64,000 nucleotides of DNA, from the NCBI RefSeq assembly GCF_964204865.1, contig NC_135259.1, positions 6,572,001 to 6,636,000 on the forward strand, written 5' to 3'. Positions 51,601 through 64,000 of this stretch are shown here, in pieces. The translations under genes and the position numbers were made by a program. The notes under the pieces are model-generated. The model was not told the origin of the DNA and searched no databases. It worked only from the letters and a program-made list of their open reading frames with translations. How positions within the stretch are numbered: the first letter of the stretch is position 1; every line of letters begins with the position of its first letter. The stretch comes from Styela clava. Taxonomy: Eukaryota.

Positions 51601-53536
51601 CTGTATTCGGTAGCATGTGAAAAATTATTGTATTCGTTAGAATAGTGGTATCATTTTTTATTTGATGACTTCAACGCCTAAATCTACAAGAGTCGCACTG
51701 ATTATCATTTCGGTTATTTGTTTAGTTGGGGTACTCGTTTATTTAGTGGAATTGGATGAATGAATTTGTGTGAAATTTCACTTAGTCCTTCAATTCGGGA
51801 AATCCATAGGTCTAATTTTGTTATAATTGTACACAAGCCAAAGTCAATATGTGTAATGCGTTAAATAAATTAACACGTGGCAATAATCAGCTATTACCTG
51901 ACCAGAATTCGAAAGCTGTAATTGCCTTGAACTTAACTGAAGTGATCCTATGATAAATGAAGCAGCAGCGAGCACCAGAAATGGTGTTTCTTTTCCTGCC
52001 AGTTCGTAAGTGACGCTACCGAAACTTGGGCCGACTGAAAAAATAAAGTAATTCAATATCACATATGCGTGCTACAGTTGGGTAAACATTACACAAATAA
52101 GTTCGTTTATTTTTTTGCAAAAAATACGTTTATCCTATTTTCATACTACAAATAAATACGAAATTACTTAGAACCCCCATTGCCAGGCCTCCTAGTGCGA
52201 TTCCCATCATTTTTCCTCTTTCTTCGTCATCTGGAAATCTGCTTGCAAGCATTGCCAGTCCAGCTGTTGAGGCACACGCTGATCCAATGCCTTGTAATGC
52301 ACGAGCAAAAAATAGAACGGGATACGTCTTTCCGAAAGCAAAAACTATAGAATGAAATTTTTCACAGTTATTCATTTAAAATTGAACAAATAGTCTGCAA
52401 ACTCTTTTAACTAGAATGTGACTTACTTAGCGAAGATACTACCAAAACTATGTATCCTGAGAACATCGGTACGTCGTAACCAAATCGGTCAGTCAGAGGG
52501 CCAACCGCAATATTTGCTATTGCTTGAATAAACGGTTTCGAGGCAAGAAGGAATGCGAGAAATAGATTTTCGGCTGCTAAGAACTGCTTGTTACGACTTT
52601 CCAGACATTCGCTTCCTGTACCGTTTCTAGAAACTGCAAATACATAAGTTGTGTGAATAGTCATAGTCACAGCTTCCATGAACAATGTACAGGGTTATAA
52701 TTGAATAGATTGTTAAATAATTCGAGTGGATCTTGGCATGGTGCCACTAGCGTCCAAGCCAACTTAAGATAATGATCAATTCGACAACAAATCAGATTAT
52801 GTTTGCTAGTGGATTTAAATCGTAGGATTTTAAAGGTCTTTTTGTGCAAGTACTGATTTGAGATGAGAATGTAACTAACAAATAATAAAATAATAAATAA
52901 AATGTTCTTTAAGCAATTTACAAATATAGGGCCCATTTACCATGAGTTGTCTCTGTTGTTTGTCCCTCCGTGGTTTGTTTTTCTAAAGAACGAGTACTTA
53001 CTTCATGTATACCGGTTAAGGAGGAGAATTCTTTAGCTTCCTCATGGAAGAAATATTCGGGCAATATTGGAACTGAAAAATAATATTTAATAATAATGAA
53101 AAATATTCAGCAAAATGACTCAATGACTTCAATGACTGTAGGAAATTGTAATTCCCAGTGGCATCAGATTATACATTATGTAGAATGAAATATACAATAA
53201 TACACGGCATTGTCAATGTTGGAACTTTACACAATTATACCCGACGAGGCGTAATATTTTTCACCGTAGTGCTAAAAGACTTTATATTGCTTAACAACGA
53301 AATCTAATTGCAATATAGAGAAAAGAAAACTTATTAAATGCCATTAAATCGGGAGTTAGACGGCTAAATTTGAATTCACTTGATTCCAAATATGTAGTTT
53401 AAATTTAATACTCACCTACACAAGTCAGAAGCATGTTATCCACCATCAAAGTCGCGTAAACTATAAATACTGCCAGGCGATTGGAGTGTCGAAATTTGTC
53501 AAATCCTGCCTTAAATCGTGATTCACTCGCTTCCAT
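48602..53536 (-). CDS. Vesicular monoamine transporter-like MFS antiporter (SLC18A1/2 family), copy C, intact, 491 aa
   Basis: Ten GT-AG exons totalling 1476 nt: 53416-53536, 52941-53072, 52427-52633, 52168-52344, 51898-52034, 50793-50952, 50274-50421, 49343-49509, 48976-49112, 48602-48691. Motifs [84 protein letters not shown] are VMAT-like rather than VAChT-like. Confidence 0.93.
49730..49823. repeat. 43-bp near-perfect inverted repeat with 8-nt spacer (intron 7 of VMAT copy C)
   Basis: Arms 49730-49772 and 49781-49823, one mismatch; immediately followed by the GTTAGC-TTC-GCTAAC mini-hairpin. Confidence 0.92.
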
Positions 53537-56057
53537 ATTTTAGTTTAAATGGTAAAAGCTTCATATCTAAAATGTAAATATTGTGACAGCTATTACATGT
53601 ATACATAATTTGTGTTGGTAAAAATATATTTTATACTAACTATACACTAAACCACAAATAGACCAAGCGACATGAAGGCAATTTTAAATAGCATTTCTAA
53701 ATGGAGCTATAGTAAAGTTATGCATATACAGAGTTTTAAAATCTATTGTCTCGCATATTCTTTATTTTTCGGAGGGCACCTTACTCTCCTACTAAAGAAT
53801 GCCTAAAAATGAAAGGTAATTTCAAACGATTAGACATCACTTATTGATTTATTACACTTCTGTAGATTGAAACCTTGCACTTGTCTGAATAGGCCCTGCA
53901 CTGACGTTTAATCACACTAACTTGCATTAGTTACATAATTGTTAAGCGAAATAATTGCAGCTTTAAACACAATGTTAATATGAATTCTGAATTGAAGTTC
54001 AAGTATATCTTGTGAGCGACAAAACTTCACAAGCCACTATATTCAAATTTTTTTGTGCGTTACACGTTTTAGATATAATAGCAGTGACTATTTAGTCTAC
54101 ATAAAAGTCAAGTGAGATTATTTCAATCTTTTGTGCCTCTAATTTGATAGACTGGGCTATTAGTGCTGTCTAATTTCTTGCTTTCTAACTTTTTTGTAAA
54201 TAAATTTTTAATTGAAGATATCTAAGAACAGCACTAGACAGTGGCAGAGAAGATTCATTTCGCAGCTTCCTTGTTTTAAAATATTGGATCCTGCAAACTC
54301 GACAGCAACCGCACTGTACCAATCAATCATCATTGAAAATTCCCGCAATTCTGAGACTTTCAAACGACCGGATTAACCGTGACAAAATAGGTGCAACCTT
54401 TCATGACGTTTAAGTAATTAAGTATATTGTCAAGCTCATATCCTGCCGTCTCGCCTATGCCTAACGACATATAAAAATAAAAACAATATTGATATATGAG
54501 TGGGATATGACGAATTCAAAAGGACTTCTTCGGAAGAAAAGCATGTAACTTTATATAACTTTAGCACAAATTAATTAAAATAATGGGACGCTGGCAAAAA
54601 GTTTATTCACACATTCCGAATCATATATCTGATGTCTGTAGAACGCAAAAAAAAATTAATTTTGCAAAAAAAAAAAATTTAGTGGTGAGAATGGTCGTTG
54701 GTTGTATAAAGATCAAAAATTAATATCAAATAAGATTGGCTCATAGTTTTCCTGAATTTTCAGTATTCGATCCTGCAAAAAAGTTTATCAATAGCACATA
54801 CTTAGATATGATCCCTTATTCGTATACTGTTATTGTGGCTTACAGACAAAGAAATTTCACTCCTAAACGTATTTTTCACGAAGTTCAGTTGCGTGGAATT
54901 CATTACCATATAGCATTTTTTCTGATCGTATTGCCTTGAATTGCATTAAGTCTTGAATCAACTACCGTTTGCTGGCATGCAACGCATCGTTATAAATCTA
55001 CATAAATGCAGTATCCCTTGACATTTCAGTAGCAGATGCCCATAGTTTGCTCATATATGAGTCTGCTTGCTTCTGAGTCCGTACAAGTGACCTTCATCTG
55101 TGCAAATTCTGGACACAAAGTGGACCTGTGTATCGTTTTGTCATTTAGTTGTTGTTGATATTGAAAGTATTTTTATTCAGGTTGTTATGAATATCTCATT
55201 TACTAGTGGCCCAATTGCTTTGGAATTTTCAGCGGTGAAAGATTGTATCTATTACTTAGTTCATTTCTGAATTTTCTAGGAATCCTATGAAATCTGAAAT
55301 TTCTTTCAAAATTTTGCCATTTCGGTGTTTACGTTTCGCTAGCCTGACGTTAATGACAAACAACAGTAAGTTAAGTATTACAAAGTCTAGGATCGAAATA
55401 CTATGCATAATTTCTACAGCCCCAACAAATCTTTTCGACGTATCGATTTAAACTATATTGAGCATTGAAAACACTAACTCAATCCTGGAACAATATTTTT
55501 TTCTTGCTGGCCAATATACTATGCAAGAAATATTCTAAATCCATCAAAAGGAAGCATCATGTACCAGCATCGTGTTCTTTTGTAACTGACAGTCTTCTAG
55601 GCGCAAACGAGATTTAAATAATTGAAATTTGATGACTCGCAGTAACGAAACAACCTACTAAATACAGATTCAATACTCAGCAATGCTTGTCATCTCTTCG
55701 CATTGGCGTACCAAGAAGTTTCCAGCATGTTCCATATATCATACCATAAATTTTAAAATAAATCTAATAAGAGGCATTTATCAAGTTTGTTTCATATAAA
55801 GCGGACGACCTTATCTACAACTTTATTTTAATTTTGTAGAATTTTTATATATGAAATGCTTGGTAAATTTATGAAAATATATGTAATAAATATGCAAACC
55901 AGAACAGAGCCCAAACCTTAAATCTTCTGAAACTGGAAGATCTATAAGTATGATTTATGACCGATCCAGCTTACTTTATTTCGACTTCCTAGACGAAATT
56001 GTGGACATGAGCCGAACTTAAAAGTGCACTAATACAAGACATACTAACAGCCTAAAC

Positions 56058-56726
56058 CAGCGTTTCCCAACGTTTTCTGGTCGCGGACTATTTTCTCCTT
56101 GGCGAAAACCTTTGCGGACTCAAGGTGCGTTTATTGCAAACGGACTCTGTGTGAAGAAGCAATAAAACCAAACACAACAGAATTTTAACGAATTTTTAAA
56201 ATTGCAACTCCGCCGCAATTACGTGTTCGTTAAAAATCTTACTATCTGCTATAAATTTCCAGAAAGTACAACTTGATTTATTACTTGAAAATATATATAA
56301 AGTATATTAGTAAATCAAAAATACATACTCGCCTTGAAACGTCACTCGTTAAAAGAGCCGACTTTTCAAGGATTTTTTTCTGTGGTATAAAATATTCAAT
56401 CCATGGCCGATATGCGCATTTTTGAAATGGGTTGCTTCAACTTTATCAATTGAAAAAATTAGAGTGGCCACCATTGACATCTACCAGGAAAAAATTTATT
56501 CCTCGTTGTTCAAACTCGCGAGAAACCACCAAGAATTATTGACTCTTGATTAATGTTATGCGAATAAACTTGCCTTTATGTAATTTCTAACATAAATCGT
56601 CACTTGGCCGATAGTTAAGATTCGCTAAAACGTTTGCGACCCGCAGTGAATTTCTGGCTCGTCGCGAACTCATTCAAACGCTCCGCGGACTCATTTGAGA
56701 CCGCGGACTCGGGTTGGGAAACACTG
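56058..56726 (+). mobile_element. Complete hAT MITE, 669 bp
   Basis: TIRs CAGCGTTTCCCAAC / GTTGGGAAACACTG, GCGGAC subterminal repeats, perfect 8-bp TSD GCCTAAAC. Confidence 0.92.
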
Positions 56727-58510
56727 GCCTAAACACTAAACTAAAATACCTATCTATCTCAATAACAACTAAGCGGCACATTTCTACTTGCGTTCTATTA
56801 TTTTGAGCTTGCGCTAATTCACTCGGATCTAGTATCATATTGTCCCATTTTTCAATTTTTCACGCCGTGTTAATTTTTACCTTCTAATATAATAGTGCAC
56901 TATTCATATCATGCCCCGAGGAAGTTTTTCTGAATAGAAATTTGAAACGTCGTCAAGTTAAATCGTTTTGCTATACATCGGTTGTGCTTTACGTATCTTC
57001 GACATTTCTAATTTGATAACTAGATACAACCTGTACATAGTAGTTAAACTAATATAAAAACTGAATTATAATTTGAAGAATATGTATTACTGTGTCAATG
57101 ATTCGTTTTCTTATGAGGATGTTAATTTTTATGACCTTTTCAATGGTTAATATTCGATCAATATTCACGCTATCGGCAGCATACAATAATATTACGTGCG
57201 GTACAGCTATCGAGCGTCATATGTGTATGACAGGTGGTATCCGTAGCAGACAGTATATTCAATACACTCATTGCTCACGAATTCCAATTCCACATGAAAA
57301 TAGGTAAAAACCTCGACACAAATAAACCATACACTTTCCTTGCGACACACTGTTTAAAGACTGTTAAAATCACGCATGTGTACAATGACTCACGGCATGT
57401 TTAGGCTAATCAAAATATTCATAATTTTGGTAACACCGTCATTACTGGAATATATATGGAAATGCATAAATAATAAACTGTGATCATCTAAAATTACTGC
57501 CTGCACTATGATCAACCAAAAGATTAATTTCATGAACGACAACAAAACCTATACTTGTTACCACAATATACTAGAAAATGGATTTTAGTCCTAACCTATG
57601 AAAACCAATAGCAGTAGATCAATAATTCGGCCAATAGGAAATTATAACACTATCAACGAGTCCTGCGACAATGTCTAGCTACTTCATATCCCCATTGTTG
57701 TCCTTATTAGCTGAATTTAATATAAATGTTATACACCAAAAAGCGCATTGATTAACATTGTTCGCCGAAATGTTCCACCATTTTCAGAATGCGTACGAGA
57801 ATACTCGTATATCCGATGAAATAGTATTTCATTAACCAGGTCAATGCAACCAATGTACATTGTTTATACAAATTGGAATACGACGCCTTAGACACTGGGC
57901 AAAATGCTTTGTAAATACGTTTTATACGGTCGGTAAATAAAGTCTGCGATGCCGGTAAATTGTTCATAAGCCGCCTTCATAGCCCTACTTTTAATTTTAT
58001 TCAGCAATTATTCGGCGTAATTTCAGTAGTCAATAAATATTATATTAAAAGGTTTGTTGAGTAATATATTGAAAGTTCAGCAATAAGCATCGCAGTTTGC
58101 CCGTTGGGCTTAACTTTTTTGGCGTTACTTATAGCCACCTCTAATGTGTGATAAATCGTGTACGCTGTGCCGAAACAAAGTGAGTTTGATAATTTCAAAA
58201 TATCTATAATCATAAAATGTTAGTTTATTTTCTTATATCGCATTGCACAGGTGTAGTATGTCATGTGGAATGGCGATTCCTATAATACAATTACGAAGTC
58301 TTGAAAGTGTACAAGTATAATGGCTGGAAAACCTTTATTCACTCAGAGGCATCAAATTTTTACCTTCATTATTGAAGATCCGTATCCGTCCTCATTCAGA
58401 CGGGAAGGTAATCGGTAATGATTTTAAAAAAATTAATTCCAAAAAAGCCTTTCAGCATGTACAATATTTATACCATTATTATCATACAAGCACGACTAAA
58501 TTGCTTAGCA

Positions 58511-58670
58511 CAGGGGTGGCCAACCTGCTTTCAACCGCGGTTTACTGAAATCTTCAAAATAGCTCACGATCGATTGATCGGCGGTAATAAAGTCATACAC
58601 AAAAACGAACTAGTACTGAATATGCAGATATCTATTTGCACACACGAATACACAAAATTCCATCGCCTAA
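58511..58670 (+). mobile_element. hAT MITE left end, same family as 25252
   Basis: CAGGGGTGGCCAAC plus the shared internal tract. Confidence 0.6.
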
Positions 58671-59697
58671 GAAATGTCTTCAATCTAAAAAATTCTATTG
58701 TATCTGTCTTAGAATAAAGTATTGTAACTCTTTTGTAACTTCTCAATGTTCGTCCAAATTTGAATATGTGACCCTTTTCTGATGTATTTTGAATAGATCA
58801 CAATTTTTCGTCAGCGTGCTAATCCTACCATTGTTTACTGCAGACAATCGTCAGTATGATCTTTTAGTTAAAGATATGCCAACCAGGGCTGACTAAATTG
58901 TTATATTTTGCGAGATAGCATGATTTATAATTTTTAATAGTGAGTGAGCTATATGATAAACTAACGAAGCCTGAAACACTTTTTTCACCGAGCTTCGTTT
59001 AGGTAACATTTTCAAAATTACATAAAAAACATTTTCAATGGATATACATTGGACTGGAACTCTATAAATATTGTCATTGTTCTCTTTTCCAAAAGGAAGA
59101 AATTTGGAAACGTAAGATGAATTATCTCAAATTTTAAATTATAGTATCACGAACATTTATGTCAATTGTTATCTTATCCATAAGTCCATAATATTATAGA
59201 AGTTCTCGGTGAAAAACAAGCGAAAATTTCATGCTGCACATTTTGTAATAACTTTGTCAGTTAAGGTATCTGCTTACATTTTGAAAAATTGGAAAAATTG
59301 AAATTGACATTCGGCAGTTAGTACAATTTAGTTTAGGTTGCAGTTGCAATATCCAAATGGAAAATGTATCAGAGTGAAGGCTGCTCATGCCAAATTCTCA
59401 TTTTTCAAAATAAAAAATTAGTCTGTGCCCAAGATGAAAGTGGGGATGTGTCTGGAAAACCAGTATTCTTTCTTGCATCAAATGTCAGAGTCCATTACAA
59501 CTTGGTAAATTAATACTTTTATATTCCGTGGAAATTTACCAAGAATTGTGTTATGCATCTTTGACTTTGACTGGCTTCTGTGTTTTTATTTTAGTTGCTT
59601 TTTTCCGTATTTTTTATACGATTGATCTTCAGAAGCATAAGCAATGTAGCGCTCACTGCCATGTCGTGTCGGATAATGTACGTTTGTAACTGTGGTG

Positions 59698-60604
59698 TAG
59701 AGCTAAGATCTGAAGACCGAGCCCGACCCGAACCGAAATTCGGGCCGAGTCGGGCCTGAAATGTCGATTATTACGTTCGGGTCGGGTCGGGCCAGGCTTT
59801 TTTATCGCTGACTTTTTTTAAATAAATATATGTTTATAAAAAATATATACTAAAACTATGTATGTGTGGATAATAAACTAAGTAATACTTGTTATAAAAT
59901 AAATTCTATTTTATGCTTAGTGGGCCGCAGCATTTCTCCCGTAATCAAGAAAATTCGCATATGAGTGCGTGATGCCCTGTCAGAGTCAGAGCTAGTAGCG
60001 TGGCCCATGATGCGCCAGAAACACTGTGATTGAATCAGATCATCAGGGATGTTAAAAATAGTCTCTTTAGAACAAAAATCACTCATACGGACTACAGTTC
60101 CGTCCGTTCTCTTTTTCTGGCCGTTATTAATATTGCTTGATTAAGATTATGATATGGGCTTCACCAAAAAGTAAACACCTGCAACATAATTATGGTGTTA
60201 TGCATGGTTCACAGTTGGCTGTCACCGTGGCGATAGCCTGTGAGCGAAATTGTCACCTCATAATTCAAATAATCCAGCAGTGTAGTGCCCGCTGCTTGCT
60301 TGCGCGCTCTCTCTCTCTTCCTCCCATCACAGTGCGCTGAGGCGTTTCGGCCGTGTTTTCGTCACCAGAGACCGTGGCCTGCGGAAAAAAAAAAACAGGA
60401 GTTGCCTCATCAACACGACACATACTGTACTAAACTCTTGCAATGACAAATCAAAGAACTCCTAAAAAAATATGAAATTTCGGGTTTGCTTCGGGCACGG
60501 GCCCTCAAATCCAGTTAATTAGTCGGGCTCGGGCTGGGTCGGGTTTATTATCCACGGGCTTGGGTTGGGCCAAGCTGAAATTTTTGGGCCCGATCTTACC
60601 TCTA
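59698..60604 (-). mobile_element. hAT (Ac-type) deletion derivative
   Basis: TIRs TAGAGCTAAGATC / GATCTTACCTCTA, many CCCGA/TCGGG subterminal repeats, TSD ctgtggtg/ccgtggtg. Minus ORF 59892-60086 retains the hATC-like ATSSDSDRAS...LRP...IEFIL. Confidence 0.88.
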
Positions 60605-61031
60605 CCGTGGTGTCAGGCGAGCATGATACCGTTCTGCAAAATTATACGAGGTGCACCATGACTTCATTTGTTTTTCTAAACAATTCCACGTCCAAGACAA
60701 ATAATGTAAATTTGAAAATTATCATAGTATATATAGGTCGAGAACACCTTAACAAGTTATTTTGAATAACTCTTGACATAATACCGCAGGTGAATTCGTT
60801 TTACGTGTGATTTGTGCACTCACACCTCAGCTATCCTGCCACATTTGCACTTCGTTGCTATGACAACGAATAGAAAGTAGAGCGCGGTTTTCATCTAAAA
60901 TGATTTGGGGTAAGTTCGACATTTTGTGGGAAAGATGGATACAGCAAAGTAAACCTAATGTTGTCTCAACAGATTTTTATCAACGCTTAGACGTATTAGG
61001 ATTAGGCCCTTTACAATTCAATTGAAACGGA

Positions 61032-61619
61032 CAGTAGCGTGCCTAGATGGGGGCAAATGGGGCGGCCGTCCCGGGCAGCCCGTTGTAGGGGGCAGCAGAA
61101 ACAAGCTGGGAAAATTTGGGAATTTTATATTGATCGCCGCGTTTTTTAATTGATGCCATGGAAACGAAATTTCAATCCGGACTTTCTTTGATTACTAGGG
61201 TGACAGGACAATCCAAGTGGAAATATTTCATACAGCCGTTTAGACGCTACATCTATTCTAAACAGACAGACAGAACGACTGATAAAAAGAGTCTTCTAGA
61301 GCTGAGTATTCCAACAAATAGTAGGCCTGCTCGTAAACGAGGTAATGTTTACAATCATGCCAAAAAATCTGTCACTTTTGCACTGCATATTGTTTATTAC
61401 TCAAAATTAGATACTCAATTGTTAGTTGCGAATAATCTTTCTCAAATTTGAAACATATTTGAGGTCTTCGATGTCAAATTTATCTTTGATCAGCATCACA
61501 TCGAATAGAACGAGCTGCTGACGATCGCGTTGGAGGATACTGTCATTCAGGCATTTGGAATAAGATGCATCATCATCAGAAACTCGCCCCGGGCAGCAGG
61601 AAAGTTTGGCACGCCCCTG
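61032..61619. mobile_element. hAT (Tip100-like) MITE
   Basis: TIRs CAGTAGCGTGCC / GGCACGCCCCTG, CCCGGGCAGC subterminal motifs, TSD gaaacgga/caaacgga. Confidence 0.85.
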
Positions 61620-62549
61620 CAAACGGAACACTTTTTCTGCATATTGAATAGTATGTTCGTCTTAACCCGTGAATGCCATAACAGGGCAATTTTCAAAAGA
61701 GCGTGAACAAACTTTTGCATTGGTAAAATTTGGGATTTAAGATAATGAGGTGTGTAGCTGACATAAAAGTGTAAATTTATCTTTTTTCATTCTAAAGCTT
61801 GGCAAATGTAAAATTGATCCCCATGCAGAAGCATAAACGATTACTCCTCGGCCGAAGTCATATAATCTATGAAATTGTTGTAAGATTTGCGTTTGTTTTT
61901 AATTACGATGCCAGACGATCACGATATCGTTCTGCAAAATATTACAATGAGCAATGGGATGCTCACTCCTTTCTTCACGTGTAAGGGTCGGGCTTGCATA
62001 TAAGCGATATATTGTCACAGAGAACATCTTGTCAAGGTTGTGAGATCTGCTTAAAAATGTTCGTGTTTTAAAAGGAATGAGTACACAGGGATGAATAAAT
62101 ATCACATTTCTTGATGAAATTGGGAACTTCGTTTAATTTAGGAAATGATAGATTTGTAAAAAGAGAATATTATTTCTTATGCTTATTCCATGCCTAGCCC
62201 AACATATTTTGAGATAGTTTCGGACTTCCAAGCCATGTAGCCACGGCAGCTGAATGAGAATGCTCGCAAATAATAAAGGCAATACCAACGATCAATAGTG
62301 CAGTTATACCGAGAGAAGTCATAATTCCTACACAATTACCCCGCCAACTTCAAAGGTTTGCCTATTTTTTGAAGTTAATTGATACAAGAACATTAGCGTT
62401 GTTTCATTTCTTTGATTATTTAAAATAAATTAAATATTATCTAACATGATATTATTTTTGTTAGCGCATATGATTAAAGCTCACTAAATTCAATGATCTT
62501 AAATCTATAGCAAATAGCAGAATAAACCATTGGTTGCGTAATTGTCAAA

Positions 62550-63342
62550 ATGTTAAGCCCAATAAAAATTAATCAACTATCACTTGTGAGTCTGCTTTGT
62601 TCAGTTGCCCTGACAAAAGCAAGTTGTACATCACGTTCTATTTCCTCTGGAATTCATGATATAGACTGGAAAAAGGTAAAACTTGAAATTCAGATGAAAA
62701 CTACTAGTTAATGTATCACATTGTTTTCAATTGACATAGCGTTTATATTAGGGTTATCAGTAATTAAAACATTACAAAAATTTTTTTTTAATAAATTTCA
62801 GATTATACTATTGCTAATTTTTCTAAATACTGCTTATTGCTTAACAATATTTCAATGACAATGTTAATTTTATCCCTTCTGTATACCTCATAATTTTTTA
62901 AGGCTTGTCAGATGTTCAACGACAATAATAGTTCGATTGGTTCTAATTTTGTTGTACACTGTTTAATTTTTTCGAAACTTAGTATTTCATAAAATGCTTA
63001 ATTGAAAAAAACGAATGGTCTTTTTTACAATATTAAACATTTTGGGTATATTCTTGTTTGTGGCCAAGGATATTTTTAACCCTTTTATTTAAAATACAGC
63101 ATATTGTATATATGTAAATAGGCAATTATGAATTATTGTTATGAGTTGTATACTTTACAAATCATGTGTTGTAGTGTTTATACAGTTCATAAATGTTTGT
63201 CACAGGTTCAATCGAAAACTCCATGGTATGATGTTATCGACATTCCACGCCCTCAGGAACCTGTTGGATGTTGGAAGTTTAATAATTTCACGGATGAAGG
63301 AGACGTTGTCGTTATGACCACAGAAAACTTCAGTTACGGGAG
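62550..63342 (+). CDS. Secreted protein, possibly lipocalin-like; 5' two exons, 3' end unresolved
   Basis: join(62550-62675, 63206-~63342): MLSPIKINQLSLVSLLCSVALTKA-SCTSRSISSGIHDIDWKK|VQSKTPWYDVIDIPRPQEPVGCWKFNNFTDEGDVVVMTTENFSYGR. Clean signal peptide and a phase-0 GT-AG intron. Confidence 0.6.
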
Positions 63343-64000
63343 GCAAGTAAAGATTAAACATCAAGAAAAGGGTTCAATGAAACGAAACTCACAAACTTCA
63401 TAATTACTTCTATAAAAATGAAAAAAAAACATATTAATTTTGTTTGCGCTTCAACTTCTGTTTTTGTATGAATATACCACAGACGTTTTAGAAATTTAAG
63501 ACGATTTTATGTTTTACTTACAATATGTTTGAATTGTGTTTTTGGAATTAGAGACAGGCTCGCATCCGTTGCGCAAAATTGTTTATCACTCACTTGATGG
63601 TGCCGAGGAAGAGTTTAATACTTTTGCGCAAAACGTTTGAGATTTCTGGAAATTCGATGTGTAATCATGAACAAACAGAAATTCGAGTGTATAAAATATT
63701 GAATAAATTACTCCATTAGTAGTAATTAATAAATTAAAGGTTTCGTTATATTTTGTGTTACTCCGTACATCTAATAGGATATATATGTTAGACTTAGATT
63801 ATCACGCAACGCATCACGCAAAGACCGTAGAAAAGCAAATTGAAGGTATTCTGCAACTCGATAATATCACTGAAATTTTTCAGGGTTTTTAATTGAATTT
63901 GCAATAACAATTACCAACTCCATATCAAGTCATAAATATTAGGGGATTTCAGTCATCGCTTGGTAGGATCAGTGTTTGGGCCCAAGTTTTACATTTATAA

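Noticed and set aside
48602-53536. Calling the transporters VAChT (SLC18A3) or a specific SLC18A1/A2 ortholog
   Set aside because: TM7-8 motifs are VMAT-type and no ChAT locus is present; the A1/A2 split is vertebrate-specific, so no symbol is given.
62219-62355. Plus-strand frame FGLPSHVATAAE*ECSQ as a selenoprotein exon
   Set aside because: No SECIS or homology recognised, no compatible splice partner, and it mirrors the minus-strand ORF.

Overview
AT-rich, intron-containing animal DNA. The gene types suggest an ascidian (tunicate); this is an inference. No rRNA, tRNA or CRISPR seen. All exon models were spliced by hand. Contents in order: (1) the 5' seven coding exons of ACAD8 (isobutyryl-CoA dehydrogenase) on the minus strand; (2) an intact 7.2-kb BEL/Pao LTR retrotransposon with apparently identical 607-bp LTRs, a TGCAT target duplication and no canonical tRNA primer site; (3) a spliced 152-aa secreted precursor resembling ascidian antimicrobial peptides, only partly captured by the ORF track, with a signal peptide, a 65-aa +18 region containing poly-Arg and a 65-aa -18 propiece, behind a kappaB/C-EBP/TATA promoter; (4) a secreted divergent C-type lectin; (5) three tandem VMAT (SLC18A1/2-like) genes, one intact, one with a single frameshift and an altered charge network, one decayed; (6) the 5' part of a possibly lipocalin-like secreted protein; (7) many hAT and Tc1/pogo non-autonomous elements and a Penelope-like fragment with a hammerhead-like motif. 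The strongest novelty candidates are the charge-balanced poly-Arg peptide precursor and the diverged VMAT array near it.
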